A stretch of DNA of 64,000 bases from a virus, in IMG/VR virus record IMGVR_UViG_3300024350_000006, one strand, 5' to 3'. Under the pieces are notes generated by a model. The model saw only the letters and a list, made by a program, of their open reading frames with translations, searched no databases and was not told the DNA's origin. Every line of letters starts with the position of its first letter. Positions within the stretch are counted from its first letter, which is position 1. This document shows positions 31,717 to 41,632 of the stretch, piece after piece. Made by a program: the position numbers and the translations under genes.

Positions 31717-32781
31717 ATGGCAACCAAACCTTTTGATGTAAGTAAATTTAGGAAAAACATTACTAAGAGCATAGACGGCATATCTGTGGGATTTCAAGAT
31801 CCAACAGATTGGATTAGCACAAACAACTATGCTTTAAACTATCTCATTAGTGGAGATTTTAACCGTGGGGTTCCGCTAGGCAAAGTGACTGTATTCGCAG
31901 GAGAATCTGGAGCAGGTAAAAGTTTTATCTGTTCGGGAAATCTTGTCAAGAACGCTCAACAACAGGGCATTTATGTTATTCTCATTGATACTGAGAACGC
32001 ACTTGATGAAGCCTGGTTACACGCACTGGGTGTAGACACTAGTGAAGATAAACTATTAAAACTGAATATGGCGATGATCGACGACGTGGCCAAGGTTATA
32101 AATGATTTTGTCAAAGAATACAAAACGCTTCCGGAAAATGATCGACCCAAAGTGTTGTTTATTATTGACAGTTTAGGTATGTTATTAACTCCCACTGATG
32201 TTAATCAGTTTGAAGCAGGTGATTTGAAGGGTGATATGGGCCGTAAGCCCAAGGCTTTAACAGCACTAGTTCGTAACTGTGTAAATATGTTCGGCAGTTT
32301 GAATATAGGACTAATTGCAACTAACCACACTTACGCATCACAGGATATGTTTGATCCTGACGATAAAATTTCAGGTGGTCAGGGCTTTATCTATGCAAGC
32401 TCAATCGTTGTCGCTATGCGTAAACTCAAACTTAAAGAGGATGAGGACGGCAACAAAGTCAGTGACGTCAAAGGTATTCGAGCTGCCTGTAAGATTATGA
32501 AAACTCGTTATGCTAAACCTTTTGAAAGTGTTCAAGTAAAGATTCCCTATGAAACAGGTATGAATCCCTATAGCGGGTTGGTAGATCTTTTTGAAGAAAA
32601 GGGGTTACTGGCCAAGGAAGGCAACAGTCTTAAATACACCCTAGCAGATGGTACTGTGATCAAACAGTTCCGTAAGGCGTGGGAACGTAACGAGGATGGT
32701 AGCCTAGACCAAGTAATGGCTGACTTCACAGCAAATCCACATAAAAAAGCTAAACTGGAAGAACTAGCGACAGAAGAATAA
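31717..32781 (+). CDS. uvsX: RecA-like recombinase
   Basis: GESGAGKS, IDTENA, IIDSLG, TNHTY, ISGGQG. Confidence 0.92.
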   Translation: MATKPFDVSKFRKNITKSIDGISVGFQDPTDWISTNNYALNYLISGDFNRGVPLGKVTVFAGESGAGKSFICSGNLVKNAQQQGIYVILIDTENALDEAWLHALGVDTSEDKLLKLNMAMIDDVAKVINDFVKEYKTLPENDRPKVLFIIDSLGMLLTPTDVNQFEAGDLKGDMGRKPKALTALVRNCVNMFGSLNIGLIATNHTYASQDMFDPDDKISGGQGFIYASSIVVAMRKLKLKEDEDGNKVSDVKGIRAACKIMKTRYAKPFESVQVKIPYETGMNPYSGLVDLFEEKGLLAKEGNSLKYTLADGTVIKQFRKAWERNEDGSLDQVMADFTANPHKKAKLEELATEE

Positions 32782-32782
32782 A

Positions 32783-33310
32783 ATGGATATTTTAACCCTG
32801 GAGTTTACAGCAACTGAATCTCTGGGTTGGCCCAAGATTAAACTCTACGTTAATGACGATCTTTATGAGGACTTTAGTTTTGAATCGGACTATGCCAGGG
32901 TAAATATACCTCTTGATTTAATGGAGGGAGACCACGTATTACGAATAGAATTATACGGAAAACATCCCAATAGTACAGTCCTAGTTGACAATACTATTGT
33001 TAAAGATCAATCTGTAACATTGATAAATCTTTATCTTGATGACATTTTGGTCCCAGATCTAATTAAATATCAGGGAGTATATTTTACTCCCAATGGTCCT
33101 TATCCACAGGCGCTAACCTGGGCGTTAAATAATGCTTACTGGGAATTAAAATTTAAGTTTCCTGTCAAAACCTGGGTATTAGACGAAAAATTAAATCATA
33201 GTTTAAAATTCAATGAATTATATTCTGAAAACTATTCGGAAGAACGACAGAAAGTTATACTAGAAAAAATAGAAAAAATAGAAGCACTATTGCAAAATGT
33301 CAAAGTTTAA
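32783..33310 (+). CDS. hypothetical protein, similar to 23239..23733
   Basis: See paralog. Confidence 0.6.
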   Translation: MDILTLEFTATESLGWPKIKLYVNDDLYEDFSFESDYARVNIPLDLMEGDHVLRIELYGKHPNSTVLVDNTIVKDQSVTLINLYLDDILVPDLIKYQGVYFTPNGPYPQALTWALNNAYWELKFKFPVKTWVLDEKLNHSLKFNELYSENYSEERQKVILEKIEKIEALLQNVKV

Positions 33311-34835
33311 CAATGTCTTGATTATAACGTCAGGATTAATTTCTGTGGACAGGCCACCACCAGGCGCTGCATTTGTAGCTGGCGTCTGCGAGAATAACAA
33401 TATAAATTACAATTTTTTTGACTTTAATATATTTTTTAGAAATAATGTAAATGCAGATATCACAGAAAAAATATATGTAGCTAGATCAGAAAAGGATTTA
33501 GAAAATCTAGAACTAGCAAACCCTGGCTCCTTGAGTGTTCTTGAGAATGTTCTAGATCTAGCAGTGGAAAAAATAAAGTCATACCAAGCAGATCTTATTG
33601 CTGCAACAGTTTTTAGTGTGATGCAACACTTACTAGCTAAAAGGCTATTAGAACGTATCAAACATAATTTAGACATAAAAATAATAGCAGGTGGCCCTGG
33701 TGTGTCAGCGGGCTATGGGAATAAATCGCTAGTTGGCCAAGAAAAAAACGGTAGATCTTTTGGTAAGTTTCTTTTAGAAAATAATCTAGTTGATTATTAT
33801 GTTATGGGCGAAGGTGATGTCGTCTTAGATGAATTTTTTAAAGGCAACAATGTTCTGGGATTAAATGATAAGTCAACAGAATATGAAACTTGGGCTCCTC
33901 AAATAGATAATTTAGATGCACTGGCATTGCCTTCCTATAATAAAATAAATTTTCAGGATTATGTAAATCCTGGCAACCCTACTAGAACAGTGACAATCAC
34001 TGCTAGCCGTGGCTGTGTGCGTAGATGCACTTTTTGTGACGTGGGAGCTATTTGGAAAAAGTTCAGATTCAGATCAGGTCAAAATGTAGTACGGGAAATA
34101 ACACAAAATTATCTAAAACACGGAGTAACTGATTATTTTTTCTCTGATAGTTTACTAAATGGATCTCTTAAACAACTTAATGATCTCACAACAGGATTAA
34201 TAGATCTACATAAAACACATCCTGGTCTTAAAAATATAAAATATAGCGGTCAGTTTATTATTAGACCTAGATCACAGCATCCGGAAAAAATGTTTGCATT
34301 GTTAAAAGAGTCAGGGTGTAAACAAATACAGATAGGAGTAGAATCTGGTAGTGAACGTGTACGCGAACATCTTGGGAAAAAATTTAGTAACCAAGATATA
34401 GACTGGCATCTGGAAATGTGCAGTAAGTATAAAATAGAAAACTTTTTATTAATGTTTACTGGTTATCCTACAGAAACTTTAGAAGATCACAATGACACCC
34501 TTAACTTGTTAAAAAAATATCAAAAATATCTAATAGACGATACCATAATAGGTATAAGTCTAGATAGTCCACTTGTAATACTACCTGATACTCCTCTGTC
34601 TAATATGTCGACAGAACTAGGCATTCACTTGTATAATAATGAATACGGTAATCTTTGGACTGCTGACTCTAATCCCGAGCTAACTATTAAAGAAAGATTT
34701 TTGAGATATGCTGAGACAACTAAATTAGTTATGAAGCTAAGATATAATAGATTTCCCACAACATTGACCACTATGGAATACCAAATACACGATTTACTTA
34801 AACTTAATAAAAAGGAATTTGAAAATGAGTATTGA
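33297..34835 (+). CDS. B12-binding-domain radical SAM protein
   Basis: IIAGGPG, GEGD, SRGCVRRCTFC, GVESGS, GYPTET. Confidence 0.88.
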   Translation: MSKFNNVLIITSGLISVDRPPPGAAFVAGVCENNNINYNFFDFNIFFRNNVNADITEKIYVARSEKDLENLELANPGSLSVLENVLDLAVEKIKSYQADLIAATVFSVMQHLLAKRLLERIKHNLDIKIIAGGPGVSAGYGNKSLVGQEKNGRSFGKFLLENNLVDYYVMGEGDVVLDEFFKGNNVLGLNDKSTEYETWAPQIDNLDALALPSYNKINFQDYVNPGNPTRTVTITASRGCVRRCTFCDVGAIWKKFRFRSGQNVVREITQNYLKHGVTDYFFSDSLLNGSLKQLNDLTTGLIDLHKTHPGLKNIKYSGQFIIRPRSQHPEKMFALLKESGCKQIQIGVESGSERVREHLGKKFSNQDIDWHLEMCSKYKIENFLLMFTGYPTETLEDHNDTLNLLKKYQKYLIDDTIIGISLDSPLVILPDTPLSNMSTELGIHLYNNEYGNLWTADSNPELTIKERFLRYAETTKLVMKLRYNRFPTTLTTMEYQIHDLLKLNKKEFENEY

Positions 34836-35055
34836 AATTGATACACTTACAGAAACATATAGTATACTCAAACAGTATATTCCTGCCAAGGATAGGCAAG
34901 AGGCTAGCGACAACTTAATGAGTGTACTAGTTGATTTGCTGGGTGATCTAGATCTAAATGAATTCGCAATGACAGATCAATATACTAAACGCAGTTATCA
35001 ACAATATGCATCAGAATCTGAAGATGATGATGAAAATTACGATTATGAAGATTAA
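34825..35055 (+). CDS. small acidic hypothetical protein
   Basis: ORF upstream of uvsY. Confidence 0.6.
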   Translation: MSIEIDTLTETYSILKQYIPAKDRQEASDNLMSVLVDLLGDLDLNEFAMTDQYTKRSYQQYASESEDDDENYDYED

Positions 35056-35059
35056 TTAA

Positions 35060-35512
35060 ATGTGGTATAATCAAATAGTTTCCGATCTAGGTAAAATACC
35101 AGACTTTATAAGTTACTATGAATCTGAATTAATTCAGGCCAAACAGGACTGTACGGTCAAAGGAAACTTAGAAAAAAATGTTGCGAATCTTCCTGGAATA
35201 ACTGAACACAGATTTAATCAACTTCAAGAAATAGAAGCAGTATTAAATTACCTAAATATACAACTTAAAAAAATACGACGTAGGCATTTTCAAAAATATC
35301 TAGAAAATTATAACAGATCTTTGACTAGTAGAGATGCAGAAAAATATACTGACGGAGAAGACGAAGTAATTGACTATGAGACTATTATTAATGAAGTAGC
35401 TCTGATTAGAAATAAATGGCTAGGTCTTATGAAGGGATTAGAAAGTAAAAACTTTATGCTTGGTCACGTAGCTAGATTACGCACTGCTGGTATGGAAGAT
35501 ATTGTTATATGA
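35060..35512 (+). CDS. uvsY: recombination mediator
   Basis: 150-aa helical protein, Y.R.LTSRDAEKY.DGE; near uvsX. Confidence 0.7.
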   Translation: MWYNQIVSDLGKIPDFISYYESELIQAKQDCTVKGNLEKNVANLPGITEHRFNQLQEIEAVLNYLNIQLKKIRRRHFQKYLENYNRSLTSRDAEKYTDGEDEVIDYETIINEVALIRNKWLGLMKGLESKNFMLGHVARLRTAGMEDIVI

Positions 35513-36276
35513 ATGCTAGATCTAGGAATAGACTATTTGCTAGCGATGAAGAAAGTCATCAACACAGTCTGGAAACATTACAGCTTCTTGAAAAATACGA
35601 AGATTTTATGCAGAGTGTAAGTGTAGTCTATGATATGGGCTGCGGTGCTGGTTTTGATACACAATGGTGGGCCACACAAATTAATCCTAGAACAGAAAGA
35701 CCCTACAATATACAATGTTATGCGCTGGACATAGATAAAAGATTGAAAATACATTTAAGAGATAATCTTAAGTTTGTACAAGGAGATTTTGAACAATATG
35801 ATCCAGGAATCAAGGCAGATTTAATTTGGAGTCACGATAGTTTTAGATTCAGCGTTAATCCACTTACCACTTTAAAAACTTGGAATAAACAACTTAACCC
35901 TGGCGGTGCTATAATATTGATTACTCCACAATCATCTATTAAAGATGATCAAGGTGTACAGCATCCCAGGACACTTAGCTATAGTTACTTTAACTATAAT
36001 ATTACAAATCTGATGTATATGTTAGCAGTTGCGGGTTTCGATTGTAGGACAGGGCATTTTTATAAAAAACCCAATGATCCCTGGATTTATAGTATGGTAT
36101 ATAAGACAAACAATCCCGAGCTTGATCCCAAAAATACTAGCTTAGGAGATTTGGTAGATTTAAATGTATTACCAGACAGTGCAGTGGTGGGAATAAAAAC
36201 CACTGGAGAAATAAGACAGGAAGATATTTTTACACATTGGATATCAGGACATTATTGCCGTTGGAGTCAAGTATGA
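35509..36276 (+). CDS. class I SAM-dependent methyltransferase
   Basis: YDMGCGAG, LNPGG. Confidence 0.8.
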   Translation: MNARSRNRLFASDEESHQHSLETLQLLEKYEDFMQSVSVVYDMGCGAGFDTQWWATQINPRTERPYNIQCYALDIDKRLKIHLRDNLKFVQGDFEQYDPGIKADLIWSHDSFRFSVNPLTTLKTWNKQLNPGGAIILITPQSSIKDDQGVQHPRTLSYSYFNYNITNLMYMLAVAGFDCRTGHFYKKPNDPWIYSMVYKTNNPELDPKNTSLGDLVDLNVLPDSAVVGIKTTGEIRQEDIFTHWISGHYCRWSQV

Positions 36277-37082
36277 AAAATCAAAATGAAATAGAAGATA
36301 AAGATATTATAGTTTTAGTTACAGGTGGTTTCGATCCAGTACATTCTGGGCATATTGCCTATTTTAAAGAAGCAAAAAAACTAGGGCACTATTTGATAGT
36401 GGGGCTTAACAGTGATGAATGGCTGGAACGTAAAAAAGGCCGTGCGTTTATGCCCTGGAACGAAAGATTGTGTATAGTAAACAATCTAGCTATGGTTGAT
36501 GAAGTATATACATTCGATGATGATGATGGGTCTGCTAAAGAATTTATACGTCAAGTAAGGGCACATTATCCAAATAATAAATTAATTTTTGCCAACGGTG
36601 GAGATCGTACTGCAAAAAACATTCCCGAAATGGATGTAAATGATCCTAATTGTGAGTTTGTATTTGGGGTAGGTGGTGAAGATAAAAAGAATTCAAGTAG
36701 CTGGATACTAGAAGAATGGAAAGCACCTAAAACAGATCGTAATTGGGGCTATTACAGAGTATTACACACTGTGGGTGATCATACAAAAGTTAAAGAATTG
36801 ACCGTAGAACCTGGTTGTAGTTTAAGTATGCAACGTCACCAGGATCGTGCTGAGCATTGGTTCGTTGTAGAAGGCACTGCTGAAGTTTATACAATTAATG
36901 ACAGAAGCACAGATTATGAGTTACGTGGTATCTACGGAAAACATCAAAGTCTACATATAGCAAAAAATCAATGGCACCAATTATGTAATCCCAAGAATCA
37001 GCCATTAAAATTAGTGGAAATTCAATATGGTGCCCGTTGCGACGAAGATGACATTGAGCGTAAAACTAGGACTAGCGTATAA
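36273..37082 (+). CDS. cytidylyltransferase-like domain fused to mannose-6-phosphate isomerase-type cupin
   Basis: TGGFDPVHSGH, GLNSD; WGYY..., LSMQRH..RAEHW, EIQYG...EDDIER. Confidence 0.85.
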   Translation: MKNQNEIEDKDIIVLVTGGFDPVHSGHIAYFKEAKKLGHYLIVGLNSDEWLERKKGRAFMPWNERLCIVNNLAMVDEVYTFDDDDGSAKEFIRQVRAHYPNNKLIFANGGDRTAKNIPEMDVNDPNCEFVFGVGGEDKKNSSSWILEEWKAPKTDRNWGYYRVLHTVGDHTKVKELTVEPGCSLSMQRHQDRAEHWFVVEGTAEVYTINDRSTDYELRGIYGKHQSLHIAKNQWHQLCNPKNQPLKLVEIQYGARCDEDDIERKTRTSV

Positions 37083-37154
37083 CTAGATGGTCTAGGTACT
37101 CAGCAGCCTTTTTACAACGATACTCAATGATGTAATCTAATAATTTTCTAAACA

Positions 37155-37316
37155 TTATAGCCAGCATCTTTCCTGGCTATAATTCCATTGTTTAATTAAA
37201 TGTTCTACATCAGCCGCATTTTTAGGATTATTGCGAGCTATAAAAGCCTCGATTTCTGTGTGCGGCCCGGATCTCAGCCATTTCGTTAAATTATCTAGTG
37301 TATTTTTGATTGACAT
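37155..37316 (-). CDS. small hypothetical protein (53 aa, not in the ORF track)
   Basis: MSIKNTLDNLTKWLRSGPHTEIEAFIARNNPKNAADVEHLIKQWNYSQERCWL fills the intergenic gap. Confidence 0.5.
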   Translation of the reverse strand: MSIKNTLDNLTKWLRSGPHTEIEAFIARNNPKNAADVEHLIKQWNYSQERCWL

Positions 37317-37405
37317 ATTGGTTTTTATTGTATAAAGTTAGGTTGTAATAATATTTATTGCGCTGCAACATACATAATATTTTACTTTTAAACTATAAAT
37401 ACAGG

Positions 37406-38932
37406 ATGAATCTTATGGAACTTTTTAACTTGCAGGAACTAGCTGTGGATGCAAGATATGCTACCCGGGCAGAACTTGGTATTCTTGCTGCTAACCTAGG
37501 CTCAGTGATGCCGGGGATTCGTTTTGAAGTAGAAAAGAAAGCAGAGAGTCCTGTGATCTATATAAGGATTAAAGGTGCTCAGCGCGAGGATATAACCAAC
37601 TACTTCGCCAGTCTGGGACTGGACGAGCTACCACCTGATCCTGATCAACTTAGAATTAGCGGTCAATATCGTGCCAACATCCTAAGCTACAGCACAACTA
37701 GTAACGTTATTGATCAAATTAAACCAGGCAAGGCACATCAACTACCCAGCGACGATCAAGATATAAAGAACATAATCTACACCCTAGTAGTAGCCGGAGT
37801 TGGTGATCAAGGAAGTATTAGTGTAGGTAAAAAAGAATTAACACCAGTTAGTCTGGGACTAGCTGTTAGAACTTATAACAAGGACGAATTAGTAGGCGCC
37901 ACAAAACAAGCCCTAGCAGATAAAATTAAAACACGACCTGAATTAATTGAAATTTGTTCACAACTATTAGACATAGCCGCGGCTGGAGGGCAAGGAACTA
38001 TATCCCCTGAGTTAAATAAAAAACTAGGTAGTAAAGCACGTAATCAACTCAGTGTTGATTTCGGAGAGATACTTGCACCCATAATGTTTTCCCAGGGAGG
38101 AGAACTTATAGAGTTTCCTGCAGAAGGAAACTTCCCTTTAATTGATGTAATAGTGGGGAAAAATAATTATAGCGTAAAAAGTCTTACTGGGTCTGGGACA
38201 AGCTTTGCTAGCATTGCTGATCTAATGGATAGCTATGAAGACAAACTTAAAAAATCCGGAAGTAAAGACAGTAAAAAAGTAGAAAAACTATTTCAACTTT
38301 TTAAAGGTTATCACCCCAGTGCTGGTGGCAAAAACGTTGACAAGATTATCCGCGGTGCAGCCTTTGTAAAAACAGCAGAGTATGTCAAACTAACGGAAAT
38401 TTTAGGTGGAAGTTTTAACGACTATGATGGCCTACAAGCTCTAGTTAATGAATTAATTAAAAAAATTTATAGTAAGGACAAAGTTCAAAATCCTACCGAA
38501 TACTATTCAGATTTTTTAAATACTGTTTATCCAGCAATGACAGCTGGTGGTTGGGAAAAGCCCGCAGGATTACCAGCTGATGGTGCTTACTATATGGGCA
38601 AAGCCAAGGAGCTTAAAGCAGAAAAAACTGCGGGATACCCTAGCTTTAGAACCAACACAGTCAAAGCAGCAACAGATATTTTAACTTATGTATTAGGCGT
38701 TGGTACGCTTAATTTAGTCACACGTGGCAGTGATGCAGAACAATATGCTGAAATGATGACAAACATTGTAAATCAAAGCCCAGCTTATCTAGGTCGATTG
38801 GACATCACTGGTAATGGTGGTTTGGTTGCCGTCAAAACAGCATTTACTGATCTAAAATTTAAATTCCAGTATCACGCTCCAAGTCATATACCTGGTAATA
38901 ACTTACCTGGGTTTATGATTGTGATGGATTAA
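37406..38932 (+). CDS. putative PD-(D/E)XK nuclease-like late protein
   Basis: TATAAATA promoter; FGEIL...NFPLIDV......SVKS. Confidence 0.5.
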   Translation: MNLMELFNLQELAVDARYATRAELGILAANLGSVMPGIRFEVEKKAESPVIYIRIKGAQREDITNYFASLGLDELPPDPDQLRISGQYRANILSYSTTSNVIDQIKPGKAHQLPSDDQDIKNIIYTLVVAGVGDQGSISVGKKELTPVSLGLAVRTYNKDELVGATKQALADKIKTRPELIEICSQLLDIAAAGGQGTISPELNKKLGSKARNQLSVDFGEILAPIMFSQGGELIEFPAEGNFPLIDVIVGKNNYSVKSLTGSGTSFASIADLMDSYEDKLKKSGSKDSKKVEKLFQLFKGYHPSAGGKNVDKIIRGAAFVKTAEYVKLTEILGGSFNDYDGLQALVNELIKKIYSKDKVQNPTEYYSDFLNTVYPAMTAGGWEKPAGLPADGAYYMGKAKELKAEKTAGYPSFRTNTVKAATDILTYVLGVGTLNLVTRGSDAEQYAEMMTNIVNQSPAYLGRLDITGNGGLVAVKTAFTDLKFKFQYHAPSHIPGNNLPGFMIVMD

Positions 38933-39611
38933 TCTGTTTTTTTAACGCTGCGCGGTAACTACTACGTACTACTTTCTGCCAATCACTAGCAAATGTGCCG
39001 TGAACTATAATATGAAATCTATCCTGATGACTGTTATTATAAACGGCGTGTGTATAATTTGTGTTAAACAAAAACGCTGATCCAGAATCTTTAAAGGGCA
39101 CTTCACCGCTAGTGGTAACCAATCTACAATTCTCGGGATTGTTAAGACTTATATTAACTGCACTTCCTAAAAAACTCTCAGGGTTATCAAAATGTGGAGA
39201 GATATATCCATCGGGCTCCAGTAACATATACCTTATTCTATCGTAATTTTGATAGGGAAATTTATTTTTAAAATAGTCCACTGTCACAGGACACAACGGT
39301 GCTATATCTGTCCAAGAATAAGGAACTTGATCTGAAGTATAGCCATATTCTTCTGGAACTCCGGTCTTTTCTGCACTGATTCCGTGTACACAAAGACTTC
39401 GCCAACCCTCGCCGTCCTGTGGCCTGTGTGTTACAAATCTATCTTTTAATGCACGAGCTTCCTGTAACATTCCTGCATAGGGTGCATCTAGTAATAATTC
39501 CAAATAGGGAGCTTTACTCTGGAATAGAGGATCAGAGATATCTGTTTCATAGACAAACGTATTACTTTTGTTTGCTTCTATAAATTTTATAGTTTGATCA
39601 AGTGCTGACAT
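38913..39611 (-). CDS. Asp/Asn beta-hydroxylase-like 2OG-Fe(II) oxygenase
   Basis: RYMLLEPDGYISPHFD, HAVYN....RFHIIVH. Confidence 0.8.
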   Translation of the reverse strand: MSALDQTIKFIEANKSNTFVYETDISDPLFQSKAPYLELLLDAPYAGMLQEARALKDRFVTHRPQDGEGWRSLCVHGISAEKTGVPEEYGYTSDQVPYSWTDIAPLCPVTVDYFKNKFPYQNYDRIRYMLLEPDGYISPHFDNPESFLGSAVNISLNNPENCRLVTTSGEVPFKDSGSAFLFNTNYTHAVYNNSHQDRFHIIVHGTFASDWQKVVRSSYRAALKKQINPSQS

Positions 39612-39687
39612 TTATCCAAATTGGTAAGAAAGAGCTAGACATTAAAATATTTATCGTGCATAATGTGGTTGTTGCTTGTGCAGCACT

Positions 39688-39765
39688 GGGCCTTTAGCTC
39701 ACGGTGGTTAGAGCATCCGACTCATAATCGGGTGGTAGTTGGTTCGACTCCAACAAGGCCCACCA
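39688..39765 (+). tRNA. tRNA-Ile2(CAU) (lysidine type likely)
   Basis: Cloverleaf, loop CT-CAT-AA, Ile2-like body, CCA. Confidence 0.85.
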
Positions 39766-39811
39766 AAGAATTCTTGACACTAAATAAACTACGCTGTAAT
39801 ATAATGAATAT

Positions 39812-39896
39812 GCGACTGTGGTGAAATCGGTATACACAGCAGACTTAAAATCTGCCGCCGCAAGGCGTGCCGGTTCGATTCCGGCCAGTCGCACCA
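39812..39896 (+). tRNA. tRNA-Leu(UAA)
   Basis: Long variable arm, CCA; TTGACA-17-TAATAT upstream. Confidence 0.95.
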
Positions 39897-39932
39897 AAAT
39901 ATAGTTCTGCTAACTTTTTATAAATTTACAAA

Positions 39933-40508
39933 ATGACAATCGAAAATTGGTTTAGTGTACCTGTTCTGTATTACGATTTGTCAGAGGAAGAATTTGAAAA
40001 AGTTCAGGATTCAATACAACTAGCTATGCCCAAGATTCTCGAATTAGATCTTGGAAATCCCTGGGGTGATTCAGTAGAAACTTCATTTAAGTACAAAACT
40101 GATTGTAACTTAATAGAAGATTTGGGGCTAGAAGTTTTGAAAACAGTTATAATGGATCAGGCAACTTTATTTTGCCAGTCCTATGATTTAAATTACACAT
40201 TAAGGCTTAAAGAAAGCTGGGTGAATATTTCTAAAAAACAAGGGTTCCAATACCCTCATAATCACCTTCCTTTTTTGTTTTCTGGTGTATATTTTTATCA
40301 GACTAATGGAGAAGATGGCTCATTGCAGTTTAAGAGCCCCAATCCCTGGTTAAATGCAATGACATATCCTTTTGGCTACGATAAAGTAACCTATCGTCCT
40401 ATTGAGGGTAGATTGATAATGTTTCCAGCATATTTGGAGCATCTAGTTAATCTAAATAATACTGCATCTACTAGGATATCTTTATCCTTTAATATAGAAT
40501 GTAATTAA
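39933..40508 (+). CDS. 2OG-Fe(II) oxygenase (phage type)
   Basis: SWVN...PHNH..FSGVYF...FPAYLEH.V...RISLSFN. Confidence 0.85.
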   Translation: MTIENWFSVPVLYYDLSEEEFEKVQDSIQLAMPKILELDLGNPWGDSVETSFKYKTDCNLIEDLGLEVLKTVIMDQATLFCQSYDLNYTLRLKESWVNISKKQGFQYPHNHLPFLFSGVYFYQTNGEDGSLQFKSPNPWLNAMTYPFGYDKVTYRPIEGRLIMFPAYLEHLVNLNNTASTRISLSFNIECN

Positions 40509-40513
40509 ATTAT

Positions 40514-40588
40514 CTGGCGTTCGTTCAACGGATAGGACAACAGTCTTCTAAACTGTGAATGGGGGTTCGATTCCCTCACGCCGGACCA
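40514..40588 (+). tRNA. tRNA-Arg(UCU)
   Basis: Cloverleaf, CCA. Confidence 0.92.
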
Positions 40589-40594
40589 TACACA

Positions 40595-41140
40595 ATGTTA
40601 CTAACTAATTTGCTGGATTTACCCACTGCAATTTATATAGAAAATAAACTAGGGGATGATTATTTTCCTTGGTATTGGAACGAAAATACACTCACAGATC
40701 AAGAAGTGAGCAGTTTAAAAAATTTTCAGTTTACACATAATTTTTATATCAACGGAGCAATTAATTCAACCTATGCACGTATGCTAGATCCCATACTTGC
40801 AAGTATTGAAAGCAAAGCAGATATAAAAATAAAAAATATTTTCAGGGCAAAAGCTAATTTGTTAACTAATATGCAAATGTCCGAGCAGGAGCTAGCTAAC
40901 GAAATACATACTGATCACGATTCTACTGACTATAGAAGTTTTGTTTATTATGTTTCCACTAGCGATGGCGACACTATAATATATGATGAGAATGAAACAA
41001 TTTTAGAACAGGCAAGTCCTGTGTTTAATAGTGGTATATTGTTTCCCTCTAGGTTACAGCACAGAGGAACACCACCCCTGCTGCACAAAAGACGCATAGT
41101 AATAAATTTTATATTGGAAATACAAAATGAACGAAACTGA
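40595..41140 (+). CDS. 2OG-Fe(II) oxygenase
   Basis: HTD, YYV..SDGDT, H.G......RIVINF. Confidence 0.8.
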   Translation: MLLTNLLDLPTAIYIENKLGDDYFPWYWNENTLTDQEVSSLKNFQFTHNFYINGAINSTYARMLDPILASIESKADIKIKNIFRAKANLLTNMQMSEQELANEIHTDHDSTDYRSFVYYVSTSDGDTIIYDENETILEQASPVFNSGILFPSRLQHRGTPPLLHKRRIVINFILEIQNERN

Positions 41141-41399
41141 TAGAGAAATACTTGTAATCACCCAGGAAGAATGCGCTGAAGTCATACAGGAAATCAGCAA
41201 GTGTTTTCGTTTTGGTATAGATAAATTACACAAAAGTGGGCTTCCGCACAGACAGGTTTTAACCCAGGAAGTGGGAGATCTAATGTGTATGCTACAGTTA
41301 ATGATGGAGCATAATATTGTAGACTCCCAGGAAGTAGAAGTTGCTAGACTAGCAAAATTGCAAAAATTGCAAGTTTTTTCAAATATTTTTAAAAAGTAG
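41127..41399 (+). CDS. MazG-like nucleotide pyrophosphohydrolase
   Basis: QEECAEVIQEISK...EVGDL. Confidence 0.8.
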   Translation: MNETDREILVITQEECAEVIQEISKCFRFGIDKLHKSGLPHRQVLTQEVGDLMCMLQLMMEHNIVDSQEVEVARLAKLQKLQVFSNIFKK

Positions 41400-41428
41400 T
41401 TGACAAAAAGACTAAATAAATTTACAAT
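41400..41428 (+). promoter_or_regulatory. sigma70 promoter of the leader / attenuator
   Basis: TTGACA-17 nt-TACAAT; CTAAATA within the spacer. Confidence 0.85.
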
Positions 41429-41437
41429 ACGACAATT

Positions 41438-41560
41438 ATGAAAACTAACCTACAACACTTGTTTATATCAAAACCCTGCTCAGTGCAGCCAGCTGGCTAT
41501 TGGGTTGCGATTACACGCGAGATTAGTAATCTAGACCAGGGGCTTTGTAGAGTCTTATAA
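41438..41560 (+). CDS. putative attenuator leader peptide containing all 20 amino acids
   Basis: MKTNLQHLFISKPCSVQPAGYWVAITREISNLDQGLCRVL*; 35 distinct codons in 40. Confidence 0.75.
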   Translation: MKTNLQHLFISKPCSVQPAGYWVAITREISNLDQGLCRVL

Positions 41561-41618
41561 TTGTAATTAAATAGAATTCTACAAAACCCCAGGACTCGAA
41601 ACCCTGGGGTTTTTGTTT
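41536..41618 (+). terminator. attenuator: antiterminator (41539-41553 with 41576-41590) competing with terminator (41583-41593 with 41603-41613 plus U-tract)
   Basis: Mutually exclusive helices share AAAACCCC. Confidence 0.8.
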
Positions 41619-41632
41619 ATATAAAGGGAGAA

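Noticed and set aside
37355-37372. TTGCGCTGCAACA as a host-regulator (PhaR-like) site hinting at a betaproteobacterial host
   Set aside because: A single short match; not supportable without a search.
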